Position numbers and translations under genes: made by a program. This document shows, one piece after another, positions 12,533 to 26,860 of a stretch of DNA of 64,000 nucleotides. The notes under the pieces are model-generated. The model was not told where the DNA came from and searched no databases. It worked only from the letters and a program-made list of their open reading frames with translations. Every line of letters begins with the position of its first letter. The stretch's first letter is position 1. Source of the stretch: Octopus vulgaris (lineage: Eukaryota); the NCBI GenBank assembly GCA_951406725.2, contig OX597815.1, positions 138,136,001 through 138,200,000 of the forward strand. The letters run 5' to 3'.

Positions 12533-13700
12533 CGGGTAGAGGGAGAACGAAAAAGAGAATATTCTTGCCATATTATTATTCTTGGGAAATAGACTTGATC
12601 AATCTCACGAGTTAATACCATTACCAGGTACTTTTAGTACCATTAGCCGAGTTCACTCTGCAGTAAACATTCGGGCCAGATCTCAGTTCTATGGATAATT
12701 TCCTTCCTTCCTACTACTCTGAATTATGCCAGAGCCTCTGCCCATCTTTCTTTGCCAAAATTTCGTCATAAAAGTTATTTTTTTCATATATCTTTTGTCA
12801 TAAAGAAGGTATTGTTTTTATATGTCAAGCCATAAAAAAGTATTTTTCATGTCACACAACAGTGGAATGATGCTTCGGTTTATGGATATTAACCCTGTAT
12901 GAATTAGTTTTAAGGATACGCGTGGATGAAGTAGGGATAAAGTCAGTTAGGAAGAAGCTAACAGTTGTCATTTGTATGGTTTGAGGTGATACCTAACAGG
13001 CTGTTAGTGATAAAAACTGTTGGAAACATAATGGATTCTTGATTTACATCTGAGTTAATAAAAAGTGGTCAGGAATATTTCTATCAAGGATAGTCCTATG
13101 TAAGAAAATCCTGTCAAGAGAGTAAGACGGTACGAATGATTCAATGCTGGAAGCAATTGGAGGGTGTGTCATAACAGAATATAAGGCTTGCATTGCTAGA
13201 ATTTGAATGGTTTGTTCCCGAAAAGAAATCAATATTTGCTATAGCCAAAAATTTCAAGAACATATATTATTGATGTGTAACGGAGGTAAGAACGGTTCTA
13301 GTGAATCTACTTCACAAGAAATAATACTAAAATCATTGAGAAGGGAAAGAAATTCAATTTTATGAAGTGAGCAATTGTTTGTGACTATTAGCATGAACTT
13401 TTAGATATGGAAAGTTAGAATTTTTAGGCATGGAAAGAGACCAGTAGTCGGTAGGTTCTTAAAGGTTTGGCACTGGACACACGTTCATGCATTTTAGGAA
13501 TTAGAACTCTCTATAGGACGTCACATCTTTGATCTAGATACTTGTAAAGAGAGACTGGTGGAACTTTTTGGGTGCGCTTAAATGACAATTCCAAGACTTA
13601 TTGAGAATGATGACTGGAATGCAACATGGGTCTGATATCAAATAAGACTTTATTGATCACAATAGTTTCAGAATCTAACAATCATGTATACGTGGTAAAG
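11150..13700 (-). mobile_element. Possible highly decayed LINE remnant
   Basis: Strand-skewed composition and weak CR1/L2-like C-terminal peptide traces only; no intact motif was read. Confidence 0.3.
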
Positions 13701-14155
13701 AAGAGAATAGTCTCGTGAGAAGAGACCAGTACGTGATTTATTGCGTATGGAAGTGAAAACAAACGTACAAGAGAATTTTCAAAATGTTGATTAACATCGT
13801 TTCGACATTCCGCAAAGTTCATGTATGATTTCATTAAATTACCCTTAGGCATTTTTATCAAAGTAATTTACAAATAAATCAGCTATTGATGCTCAATCCT
13901 CGAACCGACTACGATATATCATTATGGTATAGATAAATGCGTTGTACACTTTTCTGATATTCCTAATACATCCGAGGCAACTAAAAATATAAGTAAATAT
14001 ACCATGGTGTGTCTAGTCCCATAACTTAGCTTTTCTGCAAAAGAGATAAGTGAATAAGCATAAGGCTTGAAAAAATGCACTGGGGATCGGTTCATTCGAC
14101 TAAAATTCGTCAAGGTGGTATCCCAGTTTAATGACTGAAACAAGTAAAAGATAAA

Positions 14156-14228
<73 letters not shown>

Positions 14229-14231
<3 letters not shown>

Positions 14232-15491
14232 GGTCCCAGAAAGATTTACCCATGTTTAAAACTCTTCCTAAAACCTATCGGTTCAGATAATATTTTACAT
14301 AAAGATTTGCATACGTCTTTTGTTCATCTCTCTATTGTTTCGTTCGTCTATAACAAGTTTGTGAACAAACATGGCGGCGAAAGCAAAACGTGACCAGATT
14401 ATCACTTAGACGACAGCTGGAGTGAGCAACAAGGACATAACAAAACAGTTGAATGTGTGCTGTAAAACAGTGTTCAGTGCCTGGAAACGATATATGAAGT
14501 CCGCTACTACTTCTAGCCAGCCAATTTCTGGTAGGAAACGATCGATTCGTACCAAACAAACTGTTGAAGCTGTGAAGAAGCGAATGAACCGAAATCCCCA
14601 CAGAAGTGCAATAAAAACTGCAAAAGATCTTGATATTTCGAAATCGTCAATAGACAGGATTTTTAAAGAGAATTTAAAGCTAAGTGCATACAAGAAACAA
14701 TCCCGCTAGTTAATTTCAGCAGCTTCCAAGAAGAAATAGCTCGACAGGGGTAAAACCATGTTAGCTGAGATGAAGCGCACCGCTAACAAAGTGTTGATCT
14801 TATCCGACGAAAAGATCTTCACTGTGGAAGCAGTTAACAATAGGAAGAGTGACAGGCTTTATGCACGTGATGCAGAAGACTTGCCTGAAAGTAATAGGAG
14901 TCATTTATGCCGTCAGAAGCCAGTGGCATCTGATGGGTCCAAGTCTCCCTTGGTCTTCATCGATGCTGGCGTCAAGATCAAGAGGGAAATTTATATAGAA
15001 ATGTTGGATGAGAAAGTGTTAACTCGGCTCACACAAAACGTTGGTGACTGTAACATCTTCACTTAAAACGGGACTCCGGCCCACACATCCAATTTGACAC
15101 AGAGGTGGTGCAAAGAACATTTCAGTGGTTTTTGGGACAAGGTGAGATGGCCTCCCTCAGATCCAGACATCAATCCAATGGACTTTGCTATCTGGTCCAT
15201 CTTAGAGAGTAATGTTTCTGCTCACTCCTTTTCAAATGTGTCAGATTTGAAAAAAGGCCTTCTGTCTCCATTGGTCAAATTGAATGAAGAGGTGGTACGG
15301 TGCTCATGTATCTCAGTGACCACTCGTTTGCAGGCTATGATCAAGGAGAAAGGTAACCAATTTGAAATGTAGTTATAGCAATGGATTAACAGTTTACATT
15401 AGAACATGTGTGCCAAATTTCATTATCCTACCTTAAGTTTATTTTGAATAATTAAGAAATATTAATGGGTAAATCTTTCTAGGAAACCCCG
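14229..15491 (+). mobile_element. Tc1/mariner-superfamily transposon, DD37D (maT)-like, full length, transposase disrupted by stops
   Basis: TIRs ggggtcccagaaagatttacccat / atgggtaaatctttctaggaaacccc with TA flanks. Motifs: HTH, SDEKIF, (Q)NGTPAHT, WPPSDPDINPMDFAIWSILE. Confidence 0.9.
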
Positions 15492-15716
15492 TATATTATG
15501 TATGTATGTATGTATGTATGTATGTATGTATGTATGTATGTATGTATGTATGTATGTATGTATGTATGTATGTATGTATGTATGTATGTATGTATGTATG
15601 TATGTATGTGTGTACGCATATATATGCATGTATGTGTATGTATATATATATATATATGTATGTATGTATATGTATATATATATGTATGTATATATATATG
15701 TATGTATGTATGTATG

Positions 15717-15749
<33 letters not shown>

Positions 15750-15788
15750 GTATATATATGTATGTATGTATATTATGTATATATATAT

Positions 15789-16172
15789 CATCATCATCAT
15801 CATCATCATCGTTTAGCGTCCGTTTTCCATGCTAGCATGGGTTGGACGGGTCAACTGGGATCTGTGAAGCTGGAAGGCTTCGTCAGGCCCAGTCATATCT
15901 GGCTGTGTTTCTACGGCTGGATGCCCTTCCTAACGCCAACCACTCCGCGAGTGTAGTGGGTGTTTTTTACGTGCCACCTGCACAGGTGCCAGACAGAGCT
16001 GGCGAACGGCCACGAACGGATGGTGCTTTTACGTGTCACCGGCACGGGGCCAGGCGATGCTGGCAACGGACACGAACGGATGGTGCTTTTACGTGCCACC
16101 GACACGGGGCCAGACAGAGCTGGCAACCGGCCACGAACGGACGGTGCTTTTACGTGTCACCGGCACGGGGGC
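15789..16172 (-). mobile_element. SINE-like element with a (GAT)n tail and three internal ~61-bp tandem units
   Basis: Minus strand TTGGCGTTAGGAAGGGCATCCAGCCGTAGAAA...GGACGCTAAACGATGATG; the unit cacgaacggatggtgcttttacgtgtcaccggcacgggg is repeated at 16010-16170. Confidence 0.7.
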
Positions 16173-16209
16173 GTATATATATATGTATGTATATATATAT
16201 ATATGTATG

Positions 16210-16287
<78 letters not shown>

Positions 16288-17071
16288 GCCCTGTCTCTCT
16301 GTCTTTGTGTTTGTGTGTCTCTCTTTGTGTCTGTATATACACACACACACAAACACACAAACACTAATGTACATTGTGTTTGTGTATACATATATATGAA
16401 ACATATATATATGTACGTATATGTATATACACACACATATATATGTATATATATACATCTATCTATGCATCGATTTATCTTACATACAGCACACACACAC
16501 ACACACACTCACGCACACACACATATACACACATAAGTTATGTCATTAATGAGGTAAGAACTCAAAACTGAATAGAGCAATTTAATGCATTGAAGTATAA
16601 GATGAATACATGTTTCATCCTTTAAAGCTACACCAAGCAGAATTGCAAAATTATATTAATAACAATAATTAATATTTACTAACACATTGAATATTCTGGC
16701 AAACCCATCTCTTCACTATTTACAATAAGCCATCTGGAATGATATTTCCTGTCATGTGCATGATAATTCCATGATTGAAGAAGTATATATCTTAAAACTT
16801 ACGGCGGTATTGAAGTGAAATAAATCAAATTTCTTGCAACCGAGTTATCGTCCGTGGTTAGCATATACATTTCTATGATTTTCATACCTTAAAAGATATA
16901 GGTTGATGGCTCATGGCTAAGTGTGTAAAAATGATGTAAACACTATTTAAAATAAATTGTTCTGAAATGCTTCATACAGTTTCTCATATAAAATATGAAT
17001 AGATAAACTGCTAGCACTATATAAGTATTATAGTTTCAATGCTGGAGTAATAGAATTTAAAAGGTTAGTTA

Positions 17072-17113
<42 letters not shown>

Positions 17114-17301
17114 GGAGAGAGAGGGAGAGAGAGAGAATGAGAGATAGATAGATAGATAGAGGGTGAGAGAGAAAGGGAGAAGGAGGTTTTCTAGAGAGTG
17201 TGTTTGGTCTTGCATCTTATGTGGTGCCGTTGTTGTCAGGCCTCAAAACTCTTCAACGCGGTGCCCTAGTATGGCCGCAGTCAAATGACTGAAAAAGTAA
17301 A

Positions 17302-17348
<47 letters not shown>

Positions 17349-17349
17349 T

Positions 17350-17987
17350 AGGATAGTGGTACAACAATGCTCCAATATTTACTGGGTAGATATAGATCTG
17401 TAATGTGAATGGTGTATGGGATGTATGGGGGTTAGTGGTATTAATTGAAAGGTTAGTAGTGTTCTGTATTATGTTATGTGTTCATATTGAGTTGTGGAAG
17501 ATATTTATTGATGAAAGTTGCCTCTTTATTCATACTTTGTTGTACTGAGGTGTTCTGTGAACATTGATAGAAGGGGAAAATTAGGAAATTAGGATTAAGA
17601 TTCCTAGCACACCTTTCTATGTGTTCCTAACCTGTATCTATCTGTATTGTGGGTGGCGGATTTGTTCTTTGTGGAGAGTGGTTTTTCGACGGAGTGATAT
17701 TTCTGTTTGAACAATACTAACCTTTAAATTAATACAACTAACCCCCTTCCATCCCATACATCATTCACATTACAAATCTATATCTTCCCTAGTTGCACCA
17801 AATCCAGAACTGCTTACTTCCCTTACACATAATCTTTTTACTCTCCTATATAACCCAAACTCCGGTTTACCAACCGAGCCACTTGCTACCGTAAACCTTA
17901 CAAAAGACTGTACCTACCCAGCTAATAGCCAGGAGCGACTATGGATTTAATTATCCCTTAGAGGTATTAAAGCCTTTTAACTTGATA

Positions 17988-17990
<3 letters not shown>
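17350..17990 (-). mobile_element. 5'-truncated Penelope-like element: GIY-YIG C-terminus (17474-17627) with an inverted pLTR copy
   Basis: Minus strand EHIERCARNLNPNFLIFPFYQCSQNTSVQQSMNKEATFINKYLPQLN aligns with the end of ORF 50689-51510. Inverted repeat 17383-17463 / 17709-17792. (TA)n on both sides. Confidence 0.8.
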
Positions 17991-18039
<49 letters not shown>

Positions 18040-18388
18040 CATACATACATACATACATACATACATACATACATACACACACATATATATTCACATAGGC
18101 GCGTATACACACGCACACACACACATAGTAACACATGTTAGTCTGGATTATTTCATACTTAAAATAATGAAACATTAACAGACGGATCGCTTAAATGCAA
18201 TTAAGTGGAGTATCAAATTTATCACCCCCGTGCATATATTAAACATATACTTATAGATATACTCCGATATATATGCCTTTGTTACGAAAATAATTCTACT
18301 GAAGCATCTTTACATAAATGTAATTCTACAAAATATATTTCTTGAATACTAAATGTGTACATGCATAACCGCATATATATATATATAT

Positions 18389-18453
<65 letters not shown>

Positions 18454-18573
18454 CAGAGAGGATTTTAGTTTGTATTTCTAGCAAAGTAGATGCTATCCTG
18501 CACCGTCAGTCACAATTAGTGACAATTGAATTTTTCCTTTTTGGCTTTATATTGTGTATAGCTGCCTTCGTTA

Positions 18574-18636
<63 letters not shown>

Positions 18637-21600
18637 GTATATATTATATATTATATAATATATGATATATATATTATATAATATATATATATATATTATA
18701 TATATACGGATATCTGTATATATAATTAACAGTGTATATATGTATATGGATCGATGTACGCACATACACATACAATGTGTTTGGTATATATTCCATATGC
18801 AATATACATGCAAACTATGTACGTTAATATATATATAAATCTCAGTATGAATCTAAGAATACATACACGTCTATAATTTTAACCGACTGTACACATAATT
18901 ATTATTTTGATTCTATACAGATTTAGCTATCACTGGATTTTTATCGCATTCTTCAAAGCCATTCATTCGTTAATACTCTAAGTTTTCAATGAATCAAGAA
19001 CAGGAAGTCTATTAATGCAGTTTTGTAAATATGTTTGTTGGTTGAAGCATTAATGGCTCTGATTATCAATGTTAGAAGATGCTGATTTGAACTTAGGGAA
19101 ATTCTGTTCTTAAATAGTGGCGTATCGAATAAAAATGATACGTTTCGCAGCAAATATTTTATAAATATGACAAGCCTTTTGTGTTGATGAATGTGGCAAT
19201 CTAGCTACCTATGTTGTCACATATGGAAATATAATTCAAACAAAATATTAAGCTTAATATCATGAAAATATTTATTTTAGGACCGAAATATCTGTTTGGG
19301 CTGCTGCCTAAAAATGATTTCTGACTGATAAATATAGAGCAAATTTATGACATACAGTATTTATGGAAACAAATTCTGCTGAGATTGCGGTTCTTATAAC
19401 AACATGCTGTGATAACAAGCGTCACACTTTAGTTAATGTATGATAGATTGATTTTATAGATGAATCTGGATAATATGAGAGATTTAATCCACATTTTGGT
19501 TTTTGACAATAATTATGGTGATTAAAAATTGTAATAGCATATCCAGATAGTATATTGCTGGACATTTAATTTGAATCGTATAGCAGTAGACGATATTTAA
19601 TTATGGAATTAGTCGAAATTTCTAATTAGAAGTGAAAAGAATTGTGTCCATAATATCTAATAATAGTTGCTCAACAAACGAAAAGGAAATATCGAAATAT
19701 TTGTCGCTGGAAGATATACGTTTATATTCTTGAAAGGTTAATCCTGTTAATAATGTGTCCATTGTAATGCATTCTTTGGAATGAAAAAAAACTACTTACA
19801 GATCAGTCAGATCTTTTGCTATAAAAGACGTTTCAATATTCTAGTTTGATAGAGAAAATGTTGAAATTTCAAGTAGGATAAAATAATTTGGTAATTAGAT
19901 CTAAATTATTAATAGTGTTAAAATTCCTCTGCTCACGCCTAAATTGTAGTTATTCTCTTAAAAATATGATGTGTAGAAATGATATTTGAATGTAGAGTAA
20001 CATCTACTGGTAAAGTTGTTGCTAGCAGACCTGATCTATTAAGCTAAGGATATATAATTAATTAAAATTACACCTTAAGTAATGAGCACAGCCATTATCT
20101 AAATGACTGAAAAGACTCATTTTAGAGCAAAATAAAAATATTTACACGGTCTATAGTGTTTTCTGTAAGATCCTGTTATCTTAATATACAACATACTATG
20201 AATACATCTTTTGCTTTTAGTACCATCAGAAAAAAAGATCGATAAATTTTAGGATTAATCAATTTACTAATGGAAATTATCATATGTATTAAAATTGGTT
20301 AAATTTTCATCAACCTACCGAAAATAACTCTAATAAAAGAATCAACTCGAAGTCATGGAAACACAGCTATTACAACAGAATTTTAATTAATAATTTAAAA
20401 CTGTCTAAGTTGAGTTCTAAAATAGAATGAAAAATCGATAATAATTATAAAAATAAAACAAAACAAATCTTTTTCCCTGTATGATTTACAAGTTAAGAGT
20501 TGTGTTACACACAAAATTATGCAACAGTTTTAAACATATGATAGTATACGCGCATAATCTAGATGTTTAGTTGTTGTTAGTCTTCAATAATCCCTCTCGT
20601 CTAAGCTCGGGGATATTAATATCTTAATGACACTGACGTAGTTGATAAATCTTGAGAACAGTTCATAGTTATCTTCTCAGACAAGCTGTAGTTTGATGTA
20701 AATATATAACACAATGTAGTGTTTAGTTGCTTGGAGTAAAGTTTAGTATCTCGAGTATATTGCTTTCGTTTTTTTTTAAAAACAAAACATTATAAATGAT
20801 TAAAGGCTTTGATGGTTGTTGAAGCATATGCAGACCAGAATGGATTCGTGACTCTACACCACAGAATTTATTACAAGTTTGACAACCAACAATTGCAATT
20901 CATTTAATGAAGAAATTGGAGTTGAATTACATTTGATGCATAGCCATATCTTCTATTGCATGGCTAAGATAAGCATTTCGTATGTTTCTTATTTGATGAT
21001 TTTCTCACTTTAGGAATTTGAATAGTCAGCTAATTGTTTGCACTAGTGAAGATGTTGAAGTTTGTTCCTTCTTTTCTCGGTTAACATGCTATAGTATATG
21101 AAAGATTTGGCTTCTCTAACGAGATTTTGAAGTAGCTCCGCTTTTGCTGATCAAACTTATCGACTATGTTTCAAGTCCCAAATCCCTGAGAACTGTCTCT
21201 GCAATATCGATGATAGGAAGAGAAAAGAGGTACTATGTCAAGCTATGATACACAAATCGAACTAACGCACATTTGTCCTCCCAGCAACAAAATTTCTAAA
21301 CGATTTACTTTAGATTTTACAAATTAAATTGTGAAGTTAGCGGCATTTATGATTCGATGGTTGTAAGATATAAGGTTTCTGGAATACGAGTGAATATTTT
21401 GAGTTCTTAGAAAATCAACAGCAACCTACTAGATAACTTGTTTACTCCAACAATTTTTTTAATGATACACACTGAATTTCATTATACTCATACAGTTAAG
21501 AAGTTATACGTGCAGATGTCTGTTGGAGGAAATCTTAACAATGGAATAAATGACTAACAGAAAGTTTCAACAACAATTGCAGCAAAATATTTTCTGGAAG

Positions 21601-21715
21601 AGTTCACAGATTTCTCGTTGTTTTCTTTAGCGTACATTGGTAACAATTAAGAAAAAAGAAAAATTAAAAATAGCGTTTAGGAAAGGCCAGTAAAATTCAC
21701 TTGAGAATATTAATC

Positions 21716-21917
21716 CTTACTACTATAGGCACAAGGCATGAAATTTGGGTGAGGGGCTAGTTGATTACATCGATCCAAGTGCTCTGTTGGTACTTATTTT
21801 ATCGACCTAGGAAGGATAAAATGAAAATTCGACCTTGGCGGAATTTGAACTTAAAATGTATAATATTCTGGTAAGGATTTTGTCCAGTGTGTTAACGATA
21901 CTGCCAGCTCGTCACCT
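21716..21917 (-). mobile_element. Nin/Deu-domain-like tRNA SINE (diverged)
   Basis: Homologous to 43279-43570. Confidence 0.7.
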
Positions 21918-22329
21918 TGCTTCAGATTATTAAGATAGACAAACTTATTTGTAAAATTGTTAATAACACAGTAACAAATTCATATACAACTTGAATATAT
22001 CTACTTTTTGAATTAGGAAAATTAAAACAAGACAAACCTAGTATTATTTTGACGCTTTAATTCAGTGAGATTATGAACTCACAAAACTGCTTTAGAAACT
22101 GTAGGTCCACTGAGATAATCACTCCATTTGCTGCCAATTTTTCTTCCAATTCCACACTGTATAACAAAATCCTTTCCAAACTGTCATCTTTTACTCCTGT
22201 TGCTGCTGCTCTGCTTCTGATACTGCTGCTGTATCGTACGGATCCATCAGGTACAACATTATGGATCGCAATCTCGATTTTTCTTTTACTGTCCTTATAC
22301 ATTCCCTGTATTTTAAGTCACCTCCCTTC

Positions 22330-23420
22330 TTGATATTATCGATCCACATTATTCTCGGTTTCCTCTCTTACCATTCATCTTGCCTTCAGCTTCTGTATAC
22401 TATTTTTCCCTAATGACGTTTTCAAAATATTTTAGATTTGTCTTTTATTGTGTCTAATAAAATTTTCTTTGGTTTTTGTCATTTTGAACACTTCCTCATT
22501 AGTTTTGTGTCTTATCCATGATATTATCAAATGTCATCCATATGTTCATATGTCAAAAACTACAGTTTCATATAGCACACCAGACCTTATATAATATTTT
22601 AATAATCTGGTTCCCATACTAACGTTTCTTGATGTTATATATTTAGCAAATTTTTAAACGACTTTCTAGCTATTTCAATCCTTCATTTGATTTCTGCTTC
22701 ACATTTTCCGTTTCTAATTGCGTATATACCCGAAACTTTATTGTTAGTGACTTTTGATTCTTACTGATTACCGCTGATTTTGTTTTCTTTACATTCATTT
22801 CCATTCCATAAGACGTTCACTTGTTAACAGCAGTTACAAGTTTCTGCAGGCTATCTTTTTTGAAAGTTAATAAGGAAGAATCATTTACAAATCTAAAGCT
22901 GTTGACGTCTAAACCTCCTATTGACATTCCTGGCATGTCTTCATCTTGTCTGAAAATCTTCTCAGGGAGAGGTTAAATACGCCAGAGGATAGTACATAGT
23001 CTTGTCAGATTCCTTTCTTTATTCCATATTCTCTGCAATTTCTTATTCAGTTCTTAGCCTTTATCACACATCCTAAGTTTTGATAGAGAGTCGATTATCA
23101 TTCCATGCTTTTCTCAGTCAAATATCTTTGTATAGTTTATAAAACATACGTAAATGTATCATGTCCAGAGCTCTTGCGCATGTTATTCTTAGGTTAAATA
23201 TCCCTTCATTTTCCATTCATGGTCTAAAACCAATGTGAAGATAACTTAGTTTTTCATTTATCATTGCTGTAATTTTTTGTTAGAAGAATTTTAATAATAC
23301 TTTAATTTTATGGCCCTAAATTGTGTGCCGTATTGAGACTTTGGCCTTTGGTAAGAGAGCTAAAGTTGTTTTGCCTCTATTGGTAAGTGTCTGCTCTCAT
23401 TCGTACATACATTTGTTACG
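22330..23420 (-). mobile_element. Decayed RTE-clade LINE reverse transcriptase region
   Basis: Minus-strand peptides KKGI*QDYVLSSGVFNL and GMSIGGLDVNSFRFVNDSSLL match the RTE motifs RQGCxLSPxLFN and INNLRYADD. Confidence 0.7.
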
Positions 23421-25283
23421 TGTGAAAATGTTTTCAATTGCTCTGACTAAATAAAGTGACCGGGTCTAATGTTGCTTCTCCCATTATTTAGGAACTACGT
23501 TCCAGGAGGGTCATCATTTACGCTAAATATTTAAACATTTCTGTTTTTTTTTTTGGAGGAATTATCCCGGTCAATGAAATATATAGAGAAGTCTACTTCA
23601 AGAGTCCGGCACGTCCCCTGACAATACTAGTTAGCAACTATCAATATCGGAACGATCCATTAATATATTTTCTTCATCCATATAATTCCTATTTACTACA
23701 TCCTTACGCACAAACACATGCACACACACTTATTTGCGTAAACACACACATGTATAAGCATATATATATTAATGACTCTTGGTCTTGTCAACTGAGTAGA
23801 ATATGCTTGATTGAGGAGGTTTAACTGTATCGTAACATGTCATTGCTTTCACCAGTTGGTTTTAAAACCAAATCATTCTCACGTGGCATTCCCAACTGCA
23901 AAACTTAATTTATTGATCTTATTGAAGTCATCTTCCTTGCTTGTTGTTTTTGGTATTTTAAGTAACCCTAGAGAAGGTTTTTGTCTAAAATTACATATAT
24001 GTTAAAAGGTGAGTTTTGCATCCCCCTATATAATATATATGAGACCTAATTGTATTTGTATTAACGTATCACTCGGAGATGGAAACAATCTTAAACGACC
24101 ACCGCCTTCTCACCTTCAGTTTCTCTCTCTGCTTGATAACCAGTTAGACTATTTATTCATATAACAAATTTCTTTGTTCTCCCTCATTTCTATCTAAATA
24201 TGTCCAAATCGAACTTCAATCACGTTTATCTCACTAGTCTTGAGGATCTACGGAAGCCAATGTCACTGACCCTTCTCATTAGACTAACTAATTAAAGAAA
24301 AATATTTATCTTTAACCACATTAGTATTACATATGTCAGACAAATCAACGTACCATCTTCAACAAAACGATATTGAAATTTAATTGCTGATGTTATCTTT
24401 TAATCTTGTTGGTTTATAAAGTTAATAAGTTAATTTCTTGTTTTACATGGCTTGCTACTTTTAAATAAGTTGAAACGTATGCGCCATAAAATACCCCTCT
24501 CAGGTTAATGGACGATAAGTATTCCCTTGCTCAAATTTAGTTGAATTTTGATATTAACAATAATGTGAAATGCTATAGTTTTATTGTTTCATGGATAAAA
24601 GTGAAAAACATTCCAATCTTCTTACTGACACCCCAATCATTGAAGTTGTCTAGTTATTATAAGTTTCTTAGAAACATTTTATCAGAATTGGTTTCCCATC
24701 GGAATTTTAAGATGAATACACTTCTCTTTCAGAATCCTTACTGATTTAATGTTAGTCATGCGTAGTACATTGCTTTAAATTTCTTTTGTCTTTAAGACAT
24801 TAATGAAACAATAGAAGGTCGTGTAACGGCCATTGTCAGTTGTTCTGGTAATGTTTAATATCATATTTAACTCTTTCATTTGCCGTGGAACAACGGATAT
24901 TGCAGAATGGTATCAAGAATTTATGATCACACATATACGTAATTATTTCTGTAATAAGTTATTACATCAAAACTCAGGCACTGAGATTTACAATTATATC
25001 ACATTCTAGGATTGCGGTGTTCTGCAAATGACCATAAGAAATATAACGGTTGTTTTCGTACATCGTGTTGTTTGCAGTTTCTTTCCTTTATCAAGTTAAG
25101 AGGTCCCGTTCTAGTTTTGAAGATTCTTGCTACTTACTACTTCTCAAGCTATATGTATTGATAAAACAGCATCCCCAGTTTGCTTCAACTTCATTCATGA
25201 TACCTACACTGTTAGTGTGTACCATATCATATATAATATACTATACCATATATATTGTTCTCTACCATGTAAACTGTACTGTG

Positions 25284-25572
25284 AAGGTACGTGGCTAAGT
25301 GGTTAGGGTGTTCGGCTCTCGATCGGGAAGCCGTGAGTTTGATTCCTGGCGGAGCGCTGTATCCTCGAGCAAAACACTTTATTTCACGTTGCTCCAGTTC
25401 ACTCAGCTAGCAAAAATGAGTTACACATGTAATTTAAAAGGCCAGCCTTGTCACATTGTTACGCTGAATCTCCCTGAGAACTAAGTTAAGAGTATGCATA
25501 TTTGTGGAGTGTTCAACAACTTGTACGTTATTTGGATCAACTGGAACACTCATCGTCGTAATCGACGGAGTG
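25284..25572 (+). mobile_element. tRNA-derived SINE
   Basis: gtggctaagtggttagggtg (A box) ... gagtttgattcc (B box); homologous to 36947-37266 and 33173-33416. Confidence 0.8.
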
Positions 25573-25752
25573 AAAGAATATAGTGTACTATATCGTATGT
25601 AAGTTATGCCAATTATACTGCACTATATCATATATACTGTATTGTACCAAATACATAAAGTCTAGAGGAAAGAAAAAACAGCAATAATTCTTGAAATATG
25701 CATGTACATCCATTACCTACTCTTTCAGTCTTCGATTGCATTGTTTAGATAG

Positions 25753-26293
25753 ATGTATTCGTATATGAAACGTCGCAACATGCCGTGCTGGCACTGGAGT
25801 CTATGGAAAATCTATAGAAATAAACTTAAAAGTGAGATTATCGCACTACTAACACAGAAGACACAACTTATAAACATTTAATATACTTGGCAGTATATTA
25901 TGTTTGCAAAACGAAATACGGTGTCGTAGCTAGCAATTAATATGTGCGTACCAGCTGCAAGGAATGTGTTAAATATGTAAAGTGGTCTATCAAATTGTGT
26001 TATACCGCTAAACATTTGTGGGTATTTAAGCAAAGTACTCGTGGATAGTTGATGTGTTGGATGTGGTGCTGATGAAAGAGCAATGACCGATCACATTATA
26101 AATGTATTCGTATACAAAACGTGCAGTGCTGGCTCTGGATTCTATAGAATATCTATAGAAATAAACTTTAAAGTGAGAATATTGCACTGCTAGCACAAAA
26201 ATAAAATACAGTATTCACTTGTAAAGCTTTAACAAAATTAGTAGTATATCATGTTTGCAAAACGAAATAGTGTGTCCTTCTTAGTAATTAATA
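25753..26293. repeat. Diverged direct repeat (~190 bp, period ~350 bp)
   Basis: atgtattcgtata...atctatagaaataaact.taaagtgaga...atgtttgcaaaacgaaata at 25753-25941 and 26102-26293. Confidence 0.8.
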
Positions 26294-26422
26294 CTATATA
26301 TATATATAGTGTACTATGTCATATAAATATAAGGTCTATAATTGGTCATCCGTTAGGTTTCAAGTTCACAGTTGAGGCTGGAGCGAGGGATCCGTAGTGG
26401 GCTTCCGAGTTTGCAGGTAATG

Positions 26423-26611
26423 TTAAAGGAAAATGGACAACAAAACCAAGATAGGACGAGTATCTCATTTCATTTACAATATTTAATTAGAGTGAGATGA
26501 ATCTAAAAAAGGAGAAGAAAGAGTAATTAATGTCTTAAAGCTATTTTTAGGATATCCCAGGAGACCCGAGATACTCGTCTTGCCTTGGTTTTGTTGTCAA
26601 TTTCCCTTTAA
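26423..26611. repeat. Inverted repeat (44-bp arms, 26423-26466 / 26568-26611) ending in TA repeats
   Basis: ttaaaggaaaatggacaacaaaaccaagataggacgagtatctc vs gagatactcgtcttgccttggttttgttgtcaatttccctttaa. Confidence 0.8.
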
Positions 26612-26703
26612 TATATATATTCCCCCAGGAATCGTAAAGACGAAGACAGGTGGTGTACAAGACAAACAGATGTATTAGTATAACGCTCAAGAATAGAAAA
26701 AGT

Positions 26704-26739
26704 CTTTTACGTTTCGAGCCTACGCTCTTCTACAGAAAG
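26704..26739 (-). ncRNA. Variant minimal HHR (A6U, extra A after A9)
   Basis: Minus strand CTTT-CTGTAGA-A-GAGC-gtag-GCTC-GAAAC-GTA-AAAG. Confidence 0.6.
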
Positions 26740-26818
26740 GGACACAGAAAAAAAAAACAAGGAGAGAAAAAAATGTGTGTAGTGGCTAACGATCTTCGTC
26801 TTTTTTTCGTAAACTCTT

Positions 26819-26855
<37 letters not shown>

Positions 26856-26860
<5 letters not shown>

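Noticed and set aside
15985-16170. ~61-bp repeats resembling a CRISPR array
   Set aside because: Whole units are homologous with no unique spacers; eukaryotic SINE context and no cas genes.
18850-21700. Possible host exons or regulatory elements in long AT-rich unique sequence (also 30900-32000)
   Set aside because: No ORF, splice-consistent coding signal or recognisable motif cluster could be supported by eye.
25284-25365. tRNA gene
   Set aside because: tRNA-like head of a multicopy SINE; no complete cloverleaf.
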